Below, piece by piece: positions 47,962-58,298 of a DNA stretch of 64,000 bases; within the stretch, counting starts at the first letter, position 1; each line of letters begins with the position of its first letter. The DNA comes from a virus. The position numbers and the translations under genes were made by a program. The stretch spans positions 32,001 to 96,000 of IMG/VR virus record IMGVR_UViG_3300027782_003601; one strand, 5' to 3'. Under the pieces are notes generated by a model. The model did not search any database, was not told the DNA's origin, and saw only the letters and a list, made by a program, of their open reading frames with translations.

Positions 47962-49221
47962 ATGGCAATAATTAGAGACAATAGAGGAGCACTTTTAGCA
48001 AGTCAAATATCACAATATTTGGCAGGCGCTGCTAACACCGCAGGAACTCCCGTAGATTCAGGTGAATTAGTTAGAATTGTAAATCAATTTTTAGGAACTG
48101 GTGAACAAATCAGTTCAGATATGACTACTATTACAAATGGTATTTATAAAAAATTTGGAGCAATTGATAAAGTAACTAATAGAACTGAAATCGTAACATC
48201 TGGTATTTGGAGCGGTGATACTGGTTCATTAGTAGTAAATTCAACATATACATCTTCTGCACAAATTGCAAGTGTAAGTGGTAAATATTATATAGATGTT
48301 TATAATGGTTTAACATCATCAACTGCATCGGAAGTTCAATTCTCAATTGCTTATGGTGATGTTGATGGATACGGAGCACCAACATTAAGTCAAAATGATT
48401 CATCTACTTTACCAAGTAAAGCAACTTATAATCAATATCGTAATATTTTATTAGATGCAAATGACCCTTATTTTAGTGTATATTCGGGTTCAACCGCAGG
48501 TGGGTATGATTTGCGTGAGTTTTATGCAATTAATATTAACAGAGCAAGATATAAAGAAAGATTAGACCCAGGTAACATTTCAATTAGATTAGCAGGTGCT
48601 ACAGGTACAGTTACTTTAATTGATGATAGTGGTGGAACTAATGAAACTGTAACTACATCTGGAAGAGTTTATAATATGGTTAGTGGTTCATTGAATATTG
48701 GTTCTGCATTAACTGCATCAATTAACACATATACATCTTCAAATGGACAAGGTTGGGGATTATTTTATCCAGATATGGGTATTATAATATTAAACCCTGA
48801 TGCATTAGCAGGAAAAGTTAATTCAAATTTAGGAGCAGCAAGTGGTTCAATTCCAGGAGTTTATCACAATAATTCAACATCCGCATCTGTAAGAGTTGGT
48901 ACATCTGGTTCACTTGCATTATTACAAGCATTAGCAAGTGGTTCAGACTTTCAAGTTCGTAGAACGGAAAACGTTTCAACTTCTCATTACTTTGTAAGAG
49001 CAAACAATAGAGAATTTAACTTCTCAAACAATCCATCATTTACAACTGGTTCGGTTGGTGAGTTTGTTCAAATGACCTTTGAAAGAGACCCTAAAGTTTA
49101 TATTACAACTGTAGGTTTATACGATGATGCTAATGAACTATTAGCAGTAGCAAAAACTTCTAAACCAATTCAAAAATCATTTGATAAAGAAGTTGCAATT
49201 AAAGTTAAATTGGATTTTTAA
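47962..49221 (+). CDS. virion structural protein
   Basis: C-terminus YITTVGLYDDANELLAVAKTSKP; paralog of 51491..52741. Confidence 0.65.
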   Translation: MAIIRDNRGALLASQISQYLAGAANTAGTPVDSGELVRIVNQFLGTGEQISSDMTTITNGIYKKFGAIDKVTNRTEIVTSGIWSGDTGSLVVNSTYTSSAQIASVSGKYYIDVYNGLTSSTASEVQFSIAYGDVDGYGAPTLSQNDSSTLPSKATYNQYRNILLDANDPYFSVYSGSTAGGYDLREFYAININRARYKERLDPGNISIRLAGATGTVTLIDDSGGTNETVTTSGRVYNMVSGSLNIGSALTASINTYTSSNGQGWGLFYPDMGIIILNPDALAGKVNSNLGAASGSIPGVYHNNSTSASVRVGTSGSLALLQALASGSDFQVRRTENVSTSHYFVRANNREFNFSNNPSFTTGSVGEFVQMTFERDPKVYITTVGLYDDANELLAVAKTSKPIQKSFDKEVAIKVKLDF

Positions 49222-49245
49222 TTAAAAAATAACTTATAGACTACT

Positions 49246-49268
49246 AACCCACCTTTTGGTGGGTTTTT
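49246..49268 (+). terminator. intrinsic terminator
   Basis: AACCCACC-tttt-GGTGGGTT-TTT. Confidence 0.75.
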
Positions 49269-49348
49269 AGTTTATACGATATTTATAGTAGTATATGGTT
49301 TTGTATTTTAAAGAATAATCATATTTATAGAAAAGACAAAAAAGATAA

Positions 49349-50740
49349 ATGGCAGCAATATTACAATTAAGAAGAGGTACAACGGCAGCAAAACCAACTC
49401 TATCTGCGGGTGAAATGTATGTAAATACCACATCACAATCTTTACAGGTTGGAATTGATGGTTCAACTGAAATTACATTAGCAAAATTAAATAGTGTAAA
49501 CTCTGGTTCTTTTAATGTAAGTGGAGATATCACATTGGGTGGTACAATTACTATTGGTGATAATGCAATTGATAATGTTGTATTTAATGCAGATATAAGT
49601 TCTTCAATTATCCCAAATAATGATAATACATTTGATTTAGGTAGTACAACTTTTAGATATAGAAATGTAAATGCAACATCTATATCAGGAGCAATTGCTT
49701 CAACTAATGGTGTAATATCTGGTTCTTCTCAATTAACGATATTGAATGCCTATACTGCATCTGCAAATATATGGAGTGGAAGTATTGATACAAAATTTAC
49801 AACATTATTAAGTGTAACTGCATCTTATAATACTGCAACTGCATCTTTAAATACATTTAGTGCAAGTGTTAACGGACATATTGCAGATATTAATACTAAA
49901 ACTGGTTCATTTGAAACTAAAAATACTTCTTTAGCAACAATTAGTGGTTCATTAATTTTAACTGCAAGTTTTTTAGAAGCTAAAAACGTTTCTTTGGCAA
50001 CTACAACGGGTTCATTAATATTAACCTCAAGTTTTTTAGAAAGTAAAAATTTATCATTGGCAACAATTAGTGGTTCATTAATTTCAACTGCAAGTTTTGT
50101 TGAAACTAAAAATTTATCATTAGCAACTACAACCGGTTCATTGATATTAACTGCAAGTTTTGTTGAAACTAAAAATTTAACATTATTAACTACAACCGGT
50201 TCATTAATTTCAACTGCAAGTTTTTTAGAAGGTAAAAATCTTTCTTTAGCAACTATAACGGGTTCATTGATATCTTCGGCATCAATAGATTCTAGTAAAT
50301 TTACATCATTAGCAACATATACATCTTCATTAAATGTTTGGACAAGTTCAGTAGCAACAACAGGTTCTAACACATTTATTGGTAATGAAATTATAACAGG
50401 TTCATTGACAGTAACTGGTAGTGTAAAAGGAAACATAGTTCCAATAACTATAGCATCTCTTACTGCATCATTGGATATGAACTTAGGAAGTTATTTTACT
50501 TTAACTCTCGCAAATACTGTAACTACACATATTAGAGCTACAAATATAACGCCAGGTATGAGTGCAACACTTTTGATTACAACGGGTACAAATTCAACGG
50601 CATCACTATCGCCATTATTATTACAACCATCTGGTAGTTCATATAGTGCATCTATTGGTGTTAGTAAAAAAGATGTACTTTCGTTAGTTTCATTTGATTC
50701 AACAAATATGTATGTAGTATCAACTAAAGCAATGCAATAA
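49349..50740 (+). CDS. tail fibre protein with 21-aa repeats
   Basis: N-terminal LQLRRGT...LSAGE (Mtd_N-like); about six ETKNLSLATTTGSLILTASF repeats. Confidence 0.75.
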   Translation: MAAILQLRRGTTAAKPTLSAGEMYVNTTSQSLQVGIDGSTEITLAKLNSVNSGSFNVSGDITLGGTITIGDNAIDNVVFNADISSSIIPNNDNTFDLGSTTFRYRNVNATSISGAIASTNGVISGSSQLTILNAYTASANIWSGSIDTKFTTLLSVTASYNTATASLNTFSASVNGHIADINTKTGSFETKNTSLATISGSLILTASFLEAKNVSLATTTGSLILTSSFLESKNLSLATISGSLISTASFVETKNLSLATTTGSLILTASFVETKNLTLLTTTGSLISTASFLEGKNLSLATITGSLISSASIDSSKFTSLATYTSSLNVWTSSVATTGSNTFIGNEIITGSLTVTGSVKGNIVPITIASLTASLDMNLGSYFTLTLANTVTTHIRATNITPGMSATLLITTGTNSTASLSPLLLQPSGSSYSASIGVSKKDVLSLVSFDSTNMYVVSTKAMQ

Positions 50741-50741
50741 T

Positions 50742-51479
50742 ATGATATTTCAAAATTTTGGATTTAATCAAAATTATCCAATTACAAATATTATTTCCCC
50801 AAATTTAGTTTTTGATTTGGATGCAGCAAACTATTCAGCAGTACCTACTAATGGGACTACTATTGCAGGTACAGGTGCATACGCCATATCAACAAGTACT
50901 CCTAACTCTAGAATAACTTGGAATGCATCAAATGGTGGATTATTTAGAAGTAATTTTGGTGGAGATGGCATTGGTGATTATATTATAGGTGGACCTAACT
51001 GGGGTTCTGGTCAATCATATACAGTATTTATGGCATATAGATTAAATACCGCTTCAGTTGGTCCTCCGGGTAATACAACAAACTATGGTAGATTATTAAA
51101 CTCTAATACCGCAACTCCTGATTTTTTAATGGGTGGATATAGTGGTTATCCTCAAGCATTATTTATCAATGGGGTTACTGTCAATCTTACTGGAACTGCA
51201 AGAGATACCAATGTATGGCGTTTAGATTGGGCAGTAATAGATGGTAACGTTAAGAATGCAGATTTATATTCAGCAACATCATCGCAACCAACTACACCTG
51301 TATATACAACTACAAATGCTAGTATAAGCGCATTTAATCAACTTAGATTATTTGCCAAATCAGATGGAAATGAATGTGCACCTGGAGATATTGGATTTGT
51401 TAAAGTTTGGGATGGTAAATTAACTCTTTCGGAAATACAAACTCAATATGCGTTATATAAAACCAGATTTGGGTATTAA
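50742..51479 (+). CDS. LamG/ConA-like lectin-fold protein (possible receptor binding)
   Basis: LVFDLDAANYS...GDIGFVKVWDGKLTLSEIQTQY...RFG. Confidence 0.7.
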   Translation: MIFQNFGFNQNYPITNIISPNLVFDLDAANYSAVPTNGTTIAGTGAYAISTSTPNSRITWNASNGGLFRSNFGGDGIGDYIIGGPNWGSGQSYTVFMAYRLNTASVGPPGNTTNYGRLLNSNTATPDFLMGGYSGYPQALFINGVTVNLTGTARDTNVWRLDWAVIDGNVKNADLYSATSSQPTTPVYTTTNASISAFNQLRLFAKSDGNECAPGDIGFVKVWDGKLTLSEIQTQYALYKTRFGY

Positions 51480-51490
51480 ATTATTATAAT

Positions 51491-52741
51491 ATGTTAAAGA
51501 GAATACCAAAATCGGATATTAGTATAAGACCTTTTAAGGCATATAAGGAGTGGTCATTTAATCAAACAAGTGCACCAATTGCCGGTATATATGTATATTC
51601 TGCGAGCATTGGTAATGTAGTTAACAATTTCCCAACTGCATCTGTATATAATCCAACAAAAAATGAATGGATTTCATATTATCCTGCATCAATATACGGA
51701 CAATTGAGAGCTCAATTTTATAATGGAGAGGAAGATAATCCATTTTTTAGAAGTGGTGATAAAACAAATGTATATGATACCGATTCTAATACAAAAGAAA
51801 GATATTTAAATAATGATGCAAAAGTAATTTCAATACCACAAATATATACGGGTGAAGGAATTAAAAAAGGTTCGGTAGTATTAACGGATTCAAGTTCAGT
51901 TTACATAGATGATAGTTATGGTAATTTAATAAATTCTACTCCAGATACTGCAACTATTAGTAGATTAGATTTAGAAAATAATATAATAAATTTTACAGAT
52001 TCATTAGGAACAATATATAGTGCATCATTTCAATTAGCTTCTGGTGATTTTGATTTGGGATTGGGAACTATAAATGTAACATATAATGGAAACGATTATG
52101 ATTTAGTTTTACAAAGTATAGATGCAAACGATAATATGGTTGTAACTAATATTCCATTTTTAGGTGGAACAGGTCAATTTGGATTATCTCAAAGATTAGG
52201 TAATATATTTTACACTCAGGGATTAATAGTGTTTAATAGAAGTGCACATTTATTTTTAAAAAATGAATGGAATATATCATTTAAATCAACACAAACTATT
52301 TACGAAAACGAATATCTTTTAATTGTAAATGAAAGTGAATTTAATGTATCTACCAATCCATCTGCAATAATTATTGTAAATGAAGAAACGGGTAGTGTTC
52401 AAAATACGAATGATGTATTTAGTGCAATTCGTAAAAATACAATTACAAAAACAATTACAAATCCAGGTGTTAAATATATTCGTAAAAAATCTGTATTACA
52501 AAACGGAAATACTTTAGATTATAGATATGGTTCAAATGTAAATACTGCAATTAGTGGTGGATTTGAACATTATGATTTAAGTGGTTCTGTAGATTCAACA
52601 GGTTCATTTTTAAATCCATTTATTACAACAATCGGTTTATACGATGATAACTGTGAATTAGTAGCAGTTGCAAAATTACCAAAACCAATAAAATCGGAAC
52701 CAGATATTCCTGTAAATTTTATTGTTCGTTTTGATACATAA
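51491..52741 (+). CDS. virion structural protein
   Basis: GNIFYTQG, EFNVSTNPS, FITTIGLYDDNCELVAVAKLPKP. Confidence 0.65.
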   Translation: MLKRIPKSDISIRPFKAYKEWSFNQTSAPIAGIYVYSASIGNVVNNFPTASVYNPTKNEWISYYPASIYGQLRAQFYNGEEDNPFFRSGDKTNVYDTDSNTKERYLNNDAKVISIPQIYTGEGIKKGSVVLTDSSSVYIDDSYGNLINSTPDTATISRLDLENNIINFTDSLGTIYSASFQLASGDFDLGLGTINVTYNGNDYDLVLQSIDANDNMVVTNIPFLGGTGQFGLSQRLGNIFYTQGLIVFNRSAHLFLKNEWNISFKSTQTIYENEYLLIVNESEFNVSTNPSAIIIVNEETGSVQNTNDVFSAIRKNTITKTITNPGVKYIRKKSVLQNGNTLDYRYGSNVNTAISGGFEHYDLSGSVDSTGSFLNPFITTIGLYDDNCELVAVAKLPKPIKSEPDIPVNFIVRFDT

Positions 52742-52770
52742 TTGATATTTATATATAAACAATACAAACT

Positions 52771-52977
52771 ATGCCAACAATAGAAGAATTATACAAAGCA
52801 AACCAAGCATCATTAGGAGTTGATAAAATTTCATTTGCAGCAGGTCAGCACGCACAAACACCATACACTACCGATGATTTAAAAAAAGCAGATGAGCAAG
52901 TTTTAACTGCTGCAAAATTCAAAACAGGTAGAGGTGGTGCATTAATTGATAAAAAGTATTCTGATACTTTCAAATAA
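52771..52977 (+). CDS. small late protein
   Basis: ORF preceded by ATATTTATA. Confidence 0.55.
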   Translation: MPTIEELYKANQASLGVDKISFAAGQHAQTPYTTDDLKKADEQVLTAAKFKTGRGGALIDKKYSDTFK

Positions 52978-52979
52978 TA

Positions 52980-53396
52980 ATGGCTAAAAAAGTTACATCA
53001 AAAAAACCAACCAAAAAAGGTTGGGTAGCAAGAAAGCATGGTTTCAAATCAGGCTTGGAAGAATCAATATCAATTCAAATAGATAGTAAAGGAATTCCCG
53101 TACAATATGAATCCGAAAAGATTCCATACATTGTACCTGCATCAAAACACACATACAATCCAGATTTTAAATTACCAAATGGTATCTTTATAGAAACCAA
53201 AGGTAGATTTGTTCCTGCTGATAGAAAGAAACACCTATTCATAAAAGAACAACATCCTGAATTTGATATTAGGTTTGTATTTACATCATCAAAAAACAAA
53301 ATTTCAAAAAATTCAAAAACATCTTATGCAGATTGGTGTGATAAGAATGGTTTTTTGTATGCGGATAAATTTATTCCAGAAGAATGGTTTAATTAA
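52980..53396 (+). CDS. T7 endonuclease I-like Holliday junction resolvase
   Basis: FKSGLE, YNPDFKLPNGIFIETKGRF...DRKKH, DIRFVF, YADWCDKNGF. Confidence 0.93.
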   Translation: MAKKVTSKKPTKKGWVARKHGFKSGLEESISIQIDSKGIPVQYESEKIPYIVPASKHTYNPDFKLPNGIFIETKGRFVPADRKKHLFIKEQHPEFDIRFVFTSSKNKISKNSKTSYADWCDKNGFLYADKFIPEEWFN

Positions 53397-53428
53397 TTTG
53401 GAAATTTGAAATAATTGTTGTATCTTTG
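53397..53428 (+). promoter_or_regulatory. Bacteroidota-type promoter
   Basis: TTTG-N20-TATCTTTG, 4 nt before the primase ATG. Confidence 0.75.
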
Positions 53429-53432
53429 TATC

Positions 53433-54374
53433 ATGCTAAATAATACAGATAAAACAAAAATAACTACAACACTATCTAATGTGTTAGGAAGTTTTTCCGT
53501 TTTAAGGGGAAACGAATTAGCATTTCATTGTCCATTCTGCCATCATCACAAACAAAAATTACAAGTAAATACCGAAACACAACATTGGCATTGTTGGACA
53601 TGTAATAGTGGTGGTAAGAAACTCACATCCTTATTAAAAAAGTTAGATGTTGATAGGAAAACTATTACGGTTATTAGAGAGATATATGGTGATTCACACT
53701 ATAACCCACAAAACGAAGATAGTGATGCTAAAATATTTATTTCATTACCAAAGGAGTTTATTTCATTAGCAGAACAACCAAAGGGGTTTAATCCAGAATA
53801 CAAACAAGCAATGAACTACCTTATTCAAAGAGGTATAACAGAAAAACAAATTGTAAAGTATGGTATTGGGTATTGTAAAGAAGGTTTATATAGTAGAAGA
53901 GTAATTATCCCATCTTATAATTGCGATGGTTCATTAAACTACTTTGTTTCTCGTTCTTATTATATAGATGAGAAGATGAAATATAAAAATCCACCAATCA
54001 GTAAAAATGTAATTTGTTTTGATTCCCAAATAAATTGGAATGAACCAATTATCTTATGTGAGGGGGTATTTGATGCAATTACAATCAGAAGAAACGCAAT
54101 TCCCCTATTAGGGAAGTTTCCATCTAAATTATTAGTTGAAAAAATCTTTATGAATGGGGTTAGTGATATTGTTATTTCATTAGATAATGATGCTAAAACG
54201 GAAGCATTGAAAGCATCTGAATATTTTAGAAAGCAAGGAATAAATGTTAAATTTATGAATCTAAAAGATAAAGATGCTGCTGATATGGGGTATAATAAGT
54301 TTTACGAAGAATTAAATTCTACAAAAGAATTTGGAATAGAAGATTTGTTGTTATCAAAAATTAATAGTTTATAA
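53433..54374 (+). CDS. DNA primase (Zn finger + TOPRIM)
   Basis: CPFC...HCWTC; KYKNP; CEGVFDA; LDNDA; KDAAD. Confidence 0.9.
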   Translation: MLNNTDKTKITTTLSNVLGSFSVLRGNELAFHCPFCHHHKQKLQVNTETQHWHCWTCNSGGKKLTSLLKKLDVDRKTITVIREIYGDSHYNPQNEDSDAKIFISLPKEFISLAEQPKGFNPEYKQAMNYLIQRGITEKQIVKYGIGYCKEGLYSRRVIIPSYNCDGSLNYFVSRSYYIDEKMKYKNPPISKNVICFDSQINWNEPIILCEGVFDAITIRRNAIPLLGKFPSKLLVEKIFMNGVSDIVISLDNDAKTEALKASEYFRKQGINVKFMNLKDKDAADMGYNKFYEELNSTKEFGIEDLLLSKINSL

Positions 54375-54931
54375 TGAAAATAGGATTTATACTTCCTGGT
54401 AGAGATTTTTCCAATAGATTCATAGATAGTTGGACAAATGTTTTATATTGTATGCCAAAAGAGTGGGATTGGTTTCATATTAGTGGATACGCACCAAATA
54501 TTTTTTATAATAGAGAAGCTTTGTTGTATAGAGCAAAAGTATTTAAACCCACACATTATATGTGGATTGATAGTGACCAAGTTTTTAATTTTAAAATGTT
54601 AGAAAAATTAGTAAATCATAATTTACCAATAATATCTGGAATATACAAAAAATCACCAGATTTATTTGCTTGTTGTAAATTAGATGGAAAAACTTTAACA
54701 ATAGAAGATATTGTAGGTAAAACCGATTTAATGGAAGTTAAAGCAAATGGTATGGGGTTTATGTTGGTTAAAAGAGAAGTATTTGATTGTATTATAGACC
54801 CATTTGAACCACAGGACCCAGACCAATGGGAAGATTTTACATTTGCAAAAAAAGCAAGAGAAAGAGGTTATAAATCATATATTGACCCAACTTTAATAGT
54901 AGGACATGAAAAAAAGATAGTTTATGAATAG
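54374..54931 (+). CDS. GT-A fold glycosyltransferase
   Basis: WIDSD (DxD), GMGFMLVKREVF, EDFTF, VGH. Confidence 0.8.
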   Translation: MKIGFILPGRDFSNRFIDSWTNVLYCMPKEWDWFHISGYAPNIFYNREALLYRAKVFKPTHYMWIDSDQVFNFKMLEKLVNHNLPIISGIYKKSPDLFACCKLDGKTLTIEDIVGKTDLMEVKANGMGFMLVKREVFDCIIDPFEPQDPDQWEDFTFAKKARERGYKSYIDPTLIVGHEKKIVYE

Positions 54932-54976
54932 AATAAAAATAATTTACAATATAAAATACTATATAAAAAATAACTT

Positions 54977-57900
54977 ATGTTAAAATTAAAAAAGGTGTTT
55001 CATGTGGCCGATGTACATATTCGTAATGTAAAAAGACATAATGAGTATCGTCAGGTGTTTAATAAAATGTTTAATGAAATTCGTAAAAGAGGAACAGAGG
55101 ATTCAATAATTTATTTAGCAGGTGATATTGCTCATGCTAAATTAGAACTATCCCCTGAATTGGTTAGAGAGATTAGTTGGTTATTTACGGAGTGTTCTAA
55201 ATTGTGTGAAACTATTCTTATTACGGGAAATCACGATTGTAATATGAATAATTCCGATAGATTGGATGTACTTACTCCAATCGTAGAGGCATTAAATTTA
55301 CCAAACTTTACATACCTACGAGATACTCAAGTTTACTCAATTGGTGGAGTAGATTTTTCTGTATTTTCTATTTTTGATAAAAGAGAAAATTGGATTCCTG
55401 CAAATAAACTTTTTGGTAATAAAAAGATTGCACTTTTTCACGGACCATTAGATACATCTCAAACGGATATTGGATATGTGGTATCATCTCGGCATTTTAC
55501 ACCCGATATGTTTGATGGGTATGATTTGGCTCTATTAGGTGATATTCATAAAAGACAAATCATTACATCTCCTAAAGGATGTACTATTGCATATGCGGGT
55601 TCATTGGTTCAGCAAAATTTTGGTGAAACTTTGGAGAAACATGGTTTGCTTGTTTGGGATTTGGATAAAATGAGTTATGAGGAAATTGATATTCAAAATG
55701 ATTATGGATATTATACTATGGATATTGATAATGGAAATGTTCCAAAGGTTTCCGATATGCCAAAGAATCCTCGTTTAAGAGTTCGTTTATCAAATACGGA
55801 TACTTCGGATACTAAACGAGTAATTGCTGAAATAAAACAATTATATGGTGTTGAGGATTTTACAATTATTAGAACAGATTCACTTTCTAAATCAAAAACA
55901 GGAAATAGAAACAATAGATTAGATTTTGAAGATATAACCGATGTAAACTATCAGAACTCTCTTATAAATGATTATATTGGTAGAATGATGCCGTTTGTTA
56001 CTAAAGAAGATTTAGATGGGTTGGAAAATATTAATAGAGATATTAATAGTAGAATAACTCACGATGATATACAAAGAAACATACATTGGAAACCAGTTAA
56101 GTTTGAGTTTTCTAATATGTTTAGTTATGGAGAAAATAACAAAATTGATTTTACTAAAATTGGTGGATTAATGGGATTATTTGCACCAAATGCAGCTGGT
56201 AAATCTTCTCTATTTGATGCAATTTCATTTTGTTTATACGATAAGTGCAGTAGAGCATTTAAAGCATCTAATATTTTAAACAATCGTAAAACGGATTTTG
56301 TTTGCCATTTACATTTTCAAATTGATGGATTGAATTACCACATTGAAAGAACTGCCAAAACAATTAACAAAGGGAAAAATGTTAAAGTTGATGTTCAGTT
56401 TTGGAAAGAAGAAAATGGATTAAATACAATCTTAAATGGAAATGAAAGAAGAGATACGAATCAAATTATTGAACAATATGTAGGAAAATATGAAGATTTT
56501 ATTTTAACTGCATTATCATTACAAGGAAACAATGCTTTATTTATTGATAAATCTCAATCGGAAAGAAAAGATTTATTAGCACAATTTATGGGTATTAACA
56601 TATTTGATAAATTATACGATATTGCAAGTGAAGATATTAAAGAAGTTTCTATCTTAATTAAAAACTTTAAGAAAATAGATTTTACTTCAGAATTAGCTGA
56701 AAAAAAGATTGAATTTATTGCTAAAACTACCGAACTTAAAGATTTAGAAAAAACATTAGATATTAGAACATATGATAGAGATGATTTAGGAGAAAGAATT
56801 GTTGGATTAAGTGCTCAATTAGTTCCTATGGATGGTAATTTAAATATAGATGATTTGAATCAATCTAAAACAAAATTACAATCTACATTGAATGGGTATA
56901 CTTCTTCATTTGAAACAAAACAAAATACTATTACCAATTATAGTAAATTGGTTGCAGATGTTTCTGAATCAATGGAAACCACTAAAAAGTTTTATATTTC
57001 AGAAGAAGAACACATTGATATTGAAGAAGCTCACTCTAATTATGTTAAAGCAGAAAGAGATTATAGTGAAGCAAATACCAAACATCAATTATTAAAACAA
57101 AAAATTCAAACTATTAAAGATAAGATTGCTCATTTAGAAACACATGAATATGACCCTAATTGTAAATTCTGTTGTGATAACGTATTCGTAAAAGATGCAT
57201 TAAAAGCAAAAGAAGAGTTGGAGGGATTGGAAGCGAGTTTAGATTATAGTTTGGATGATGTAAATGGTTCTCTAAATGTAATGAGTCTTTTTGAAACATC
57301 CAAAGAACAATACAAAGATTTACAAACATTAAAATTAAAATATCAAAAAGGATATTCTACAATTGAAACCGAAAAAGCAGAATTAAACGGATTAAAAACT
57401 AAAATAGAATTAGCAAAGCATCAATTAGAAGTTGTTGAAGAAAATATTCGTAAGTATTATATAAATGAAGAAACCATTAAACGTAATACTAAGATAGAAA
57501 CTATGATAAATGGTTTACAAAAAACCAAAAAAGAAATAGAAGCAGAAGTATCTGAATTGAGTAGAAAGATTGGTGATACAAAGGGTGTTATTGCCTCCAT
57601 ATCTTCGTTTGTAGAGGGGATAAAGGTTAGGATGAATGAAGTTAAAGACTTGGAAGAAAAGAATCGTTTATACACCTACTATTTGGATTCTGTAAAAAGA
57701 GATGGGATACCTTATGAGTTAATTTCTAAAGCTTTGCCTGTTATTGAAAACGAAGTAAATAACATTCTTGCGCAAGTAGTTGATTTTAGTTGTGTAATGG
57801 AAATGGATGGTAAATCAATTAATGCTAAAATAGTTTATGATGACCAGGAATGGCCTTTAGAGATGTGTAGTGGTATGGAGAAGTTTGTTAGTGGATTGGC

Positions 57901-58138
57901 AATCAGAGTTGCGCTTATTAACATATGTAACTTACCCCGTCCAAACTTTTTAGTAATTGATGAAGGGTTTGGTACATTAGATTCCGATAATTTATCATCC
58001 TTATTTATGATGATGCAATATCTTAAAACTCAATTTGATTTTATATGGGTTATATCTCACTTAGAACAAATGAGAGATATTGTAGATGGTTTAATTGAAA
58101 TTAAAAAAGTGGATGGGTTCAGTAAGATTAATTTTTAA
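54977..58138 (+). CDS. Mre11/SbcD-Rad50/SbcC (gp47-gp46) fusion nuclease-ATPase
   Basis: ADVH, AGD, GNHD, LGDIH; Walker A APNAAGKSS; hook CKFC; SGME signature; IDEGFGTLD; ISH. Confidence 0.93.
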   Translation: MLKLKKVFHVADVHIRNVKRHNEYRQVFNKMFNEIRKRGTEDSIIYLAGDIAHAKLELSPELVREISWLFTECSKLCETILITGNHDCNMNNSDRLDVLTPIVEALNLPNFTYLRDTQVYSIGGVDFSVFSIFDKRENWIPANKLFGNKKIALFHGPLDTSQTDIGYVVSSRHFTPDMFDGYDLALLGDIHKRQIITSPKGCTIAYAGSLVQQNFGETLEKHGLLVWDLDKMSYEEIDIQNDYGYYTMDIDNGNVPKVSDMPKNPRLRVRLSNTDTSDTKRVIAEIKQLYGVEDFTIIRTDSLSKSKTGNRNNRLDFEDITDVNYQNSLINDYIGRMMPFVTKEDLDGLENINRDINSRITHDDIQRNIHWKPVKFEFSNMFSYGENNKIDFTKIGGLMGLFAPNAAGKSSLFDAISFCLYDKCSRAFKASNILNNRKTDFVCHLHFQIDGLNYHIERTAKTINKGKNVKVDVQFWKEENGLNTILNGNERRDTNQIIEQYVGKYEDFILTALSLQGNNALFIDKSQSERKDLLAQFMGINIFDKLYDIASEDIKEVSILIKNFKKIDFTSELAEKKIEFIAKTTELKDLEKTLDIRTYDRDDLGERIVGLSAQLVPMDGNLNIDDLNQSKTKLQSTLNGYTSSFETKQNTITNYSKLVADVSESMETTKKFYISEEEHIDIEEAHSNYVKAERDYSEANTKHQLLKQKIQTIKDKIAHLETHEYDPNCKFCCDNVFVKDALKAKEELEGLEASLDYSLDDVNGSLNVMSLFETSKEQYKDLQTLKLKYQKGYSTIETEKAELNGLKTKIELAKHQLEVVEENIRKYYINEETIKRNTKIETMINGLQKTKKEIEAEVSELSRKIGDTKGVIASISSFVEGIKVRMNEVKDLEEKNRLYTYYLDSVKRDGIPYELISKALPVIENEVNNILAQVVDFSCVMEMDGKSINAKIVYDDQEWPLEMCSGMEKFVSGLAIRVALINICNLPRPNFLVIDEGFGTLDSDNLSSLFMMMQYLKTQFDFIWVISHLEQMRDIVDGLIEIKKVDGFSKINF

Positions 58139-58298
58139 TTTTATCTACTTTTAAAACATTAAAAGATGGTTTATGAACACCAACGTGTTTTTTGATTAAA
58201 TTTTCAACTAAACTACCCATTTTGAACCCATGTTCTTCGCAATATTCTTTGAGAAGTTCGTGGGTTTCTTTTTTGATTTGTAGCATTGCATATTTCAT
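58128..58298 (-). CDS. small ribbon-helix-helix-like DNA-binding protein (56 aa, not in ORF track)
   Basis: MKYAMLQIKKETHELLKEYCEEHGFKMGSLVENLIKKH; ATATTTATA motif upstream on the minus strand. Confidence 0.7.
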   Translation of the reverse strand: MKYAMLQIKKETHELLKEYCEEHGFKMGSLVENLIKKHVGVHKPSFNVLKVDKIKN

